64,000 bases of DNA from Podarcis bocagei (taxonomy: Eukaryota): the NCBI GenBank assembly GCA_964188305.1, contig OZ076897.1; one strand, given 5' to 3'. Every line of letters starts with the position of its first letter. Within the stretch, counting starts at the first letter, position 1. Positions 62,784 to 64,000 of the stretch are shown one piece after another. Position numbers and translations under genes: made by a program. Below the pieces are notes generated by a model, which was not told where the DNA came from, did no database searches, and saw only the letters and a list, made by a program, of their open reading frames with translations.

Positions 62784-63212
62784 ATTTCTGTCTGATAAGT
62801 TGGCATAAAGTTGGGCTGCTGTCAGAGGCTGGCTGGATACTGTGGAATGGGCACTGGGGGTGGGGCAGGGTGGGGCTGGAGACTTACTTGTAAGAAGAGA
62901 TCAGCGAACTGGGAGAACCTGTAGCAGCCAGAAGACAAAAGTCAGAGCCAGGAGAAGCTGCAGAATTGGAGAGCAGAAAACAGGTGCAAGAGGATGGGGA
63001 GAGAGAGATATCAGACTGGTGGAGGGTCAAGGATTCCCTCCTCCTCCTGCCCCCACCTCTCCTGCTCCACTGTCTCCCAGGACCAGAAGAGGACTGAAGT
63101 GGGAGGAGCAGAAGGTGACATGCAGGTGGAGTCTTTGCTTGCTTGCACACCGCTCAGATGGGGGAGATGCATAGGTCAGGGACCTGTTGTGGCAACTGCC
63201 TCATCAGGTGTA

Positions 63213-63437
63213 CAGTGGTGCCTTGGGTTACATACGCTTCAGGTTACAGACTCCGCTAACGCAGAAATATTACCTCGGGTTAAGAACTTTGCTTCACGAT
63301 GAGAACAGAAATTGTGCTCTGGCAGCGCGGCAGCAGCAGGAGGCCCCATAGCTAAAGTGGTGCTTCAGGTTAAGAACAGTTTCAGGTTAAGAACAGACCT
63401 CCAGAACAAATTAAGTACTTAACCCGAGGTACCACTG
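63213..63437. mobile_element. Tc1/mariner MITE
   Basis: TIR cagtggt(g/a)cct; TA TSD on both sides. Confidence 0.9.
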
Positions 63438-64000
63438 TACACCTAGGAGTAGTTGAGAGACATAGAACTGATGGGCACGCCTTTCCCTAACTTGTGAGTG
63501 TACTTTTGACAATAAATTTTGGCAATAATTTCTCTCTCATGCCGGACAACGCCATGACAGGTGTGCCTCCTAAACTAGCCTGCTGCCCTCAGGTACGATG
63601 GAGGACCAGTCTTGAAGTAACACTCAGCTGCTAGTCCCACCGGTTTTTGAAGACGGGTTGGGGAGGGTGCGGCCTTGTCCTTGGCCTCAGGCAACCATAT
63701 GTCTTGGACCAGCACTGGGAAGTGAATCTGAATCACGGTGGTTGAGAATATAAACTTTGTGCTCCATTGTAGGCAGGCAATGGAGAACTTGGGACACATG
63801 TTTCTTTTCAGAATGCTGTAGTAGAAAATTTCTCCTCAGCCCCCCCCCCCAGGCTATTGATCTCTCTTCCAGGCCGAGGGCACAGTTTGCAACTTGCCAT
63901 GTGGCATGTTCAGGTTAGTAGTGCATTGCTTCGCTCTTCCCCAGTACGTTGAGCCAGTTAACGCTTTTATTGGATTTTAAATTACGTGTCTCCCATGTGC

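Noticed and set aside
1-64000. The many short ORFs in the six-frame track as independent genes
   Set aside because: Those with real protein signal are DIP2C exons with intronic read-through or LINE fragments; the rest show no recognisable homology and are expected by chance
60249-64000. Next DIP2C exon (VRLVERGSPHSLPLMESGK)
   Set aside because: Not found by eye; presumably beyond the window

Overview
Vertebrate genomic DNA, most likely from a lacertid-type lizard (two Sauria SINEs plus squamate hAT and Tc1/mariner MITEs). The window holds the middle of DIP2C on the + strand: 24 constitutive GT-AG coding exons (about exons 9-32 by human numbering, recalled from memory; 2929 nt, phases consistent throughout). 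It also holds a 30-nt in-frame cassette microexon (PHRLGKLAEQ) that the ORF track misses. Almost all other listed ORFs are intronic noise. The main discovery is in the 9.4-kb intron 5346-14720. From about 6.3 to 13.8 kb, the non-transposon sequence appears to fold into a near head-to-tail array of about six long (0.5-1.3 kb) imperfect hairpins on the sense strand. Each keeps a near-constant pairing register over hundreds of bases, non-Watson-Crick positions are mostly G-U, and most are capped by a densely paired, pseudoknotted apical domain. Two apical domains share a sequence motif, and younger MITEs have inserted into two arms, shifting the register by roughly their own length. I do not recognise this as a known RNA family. 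All helices were found by eye and need folding and covariation tests.
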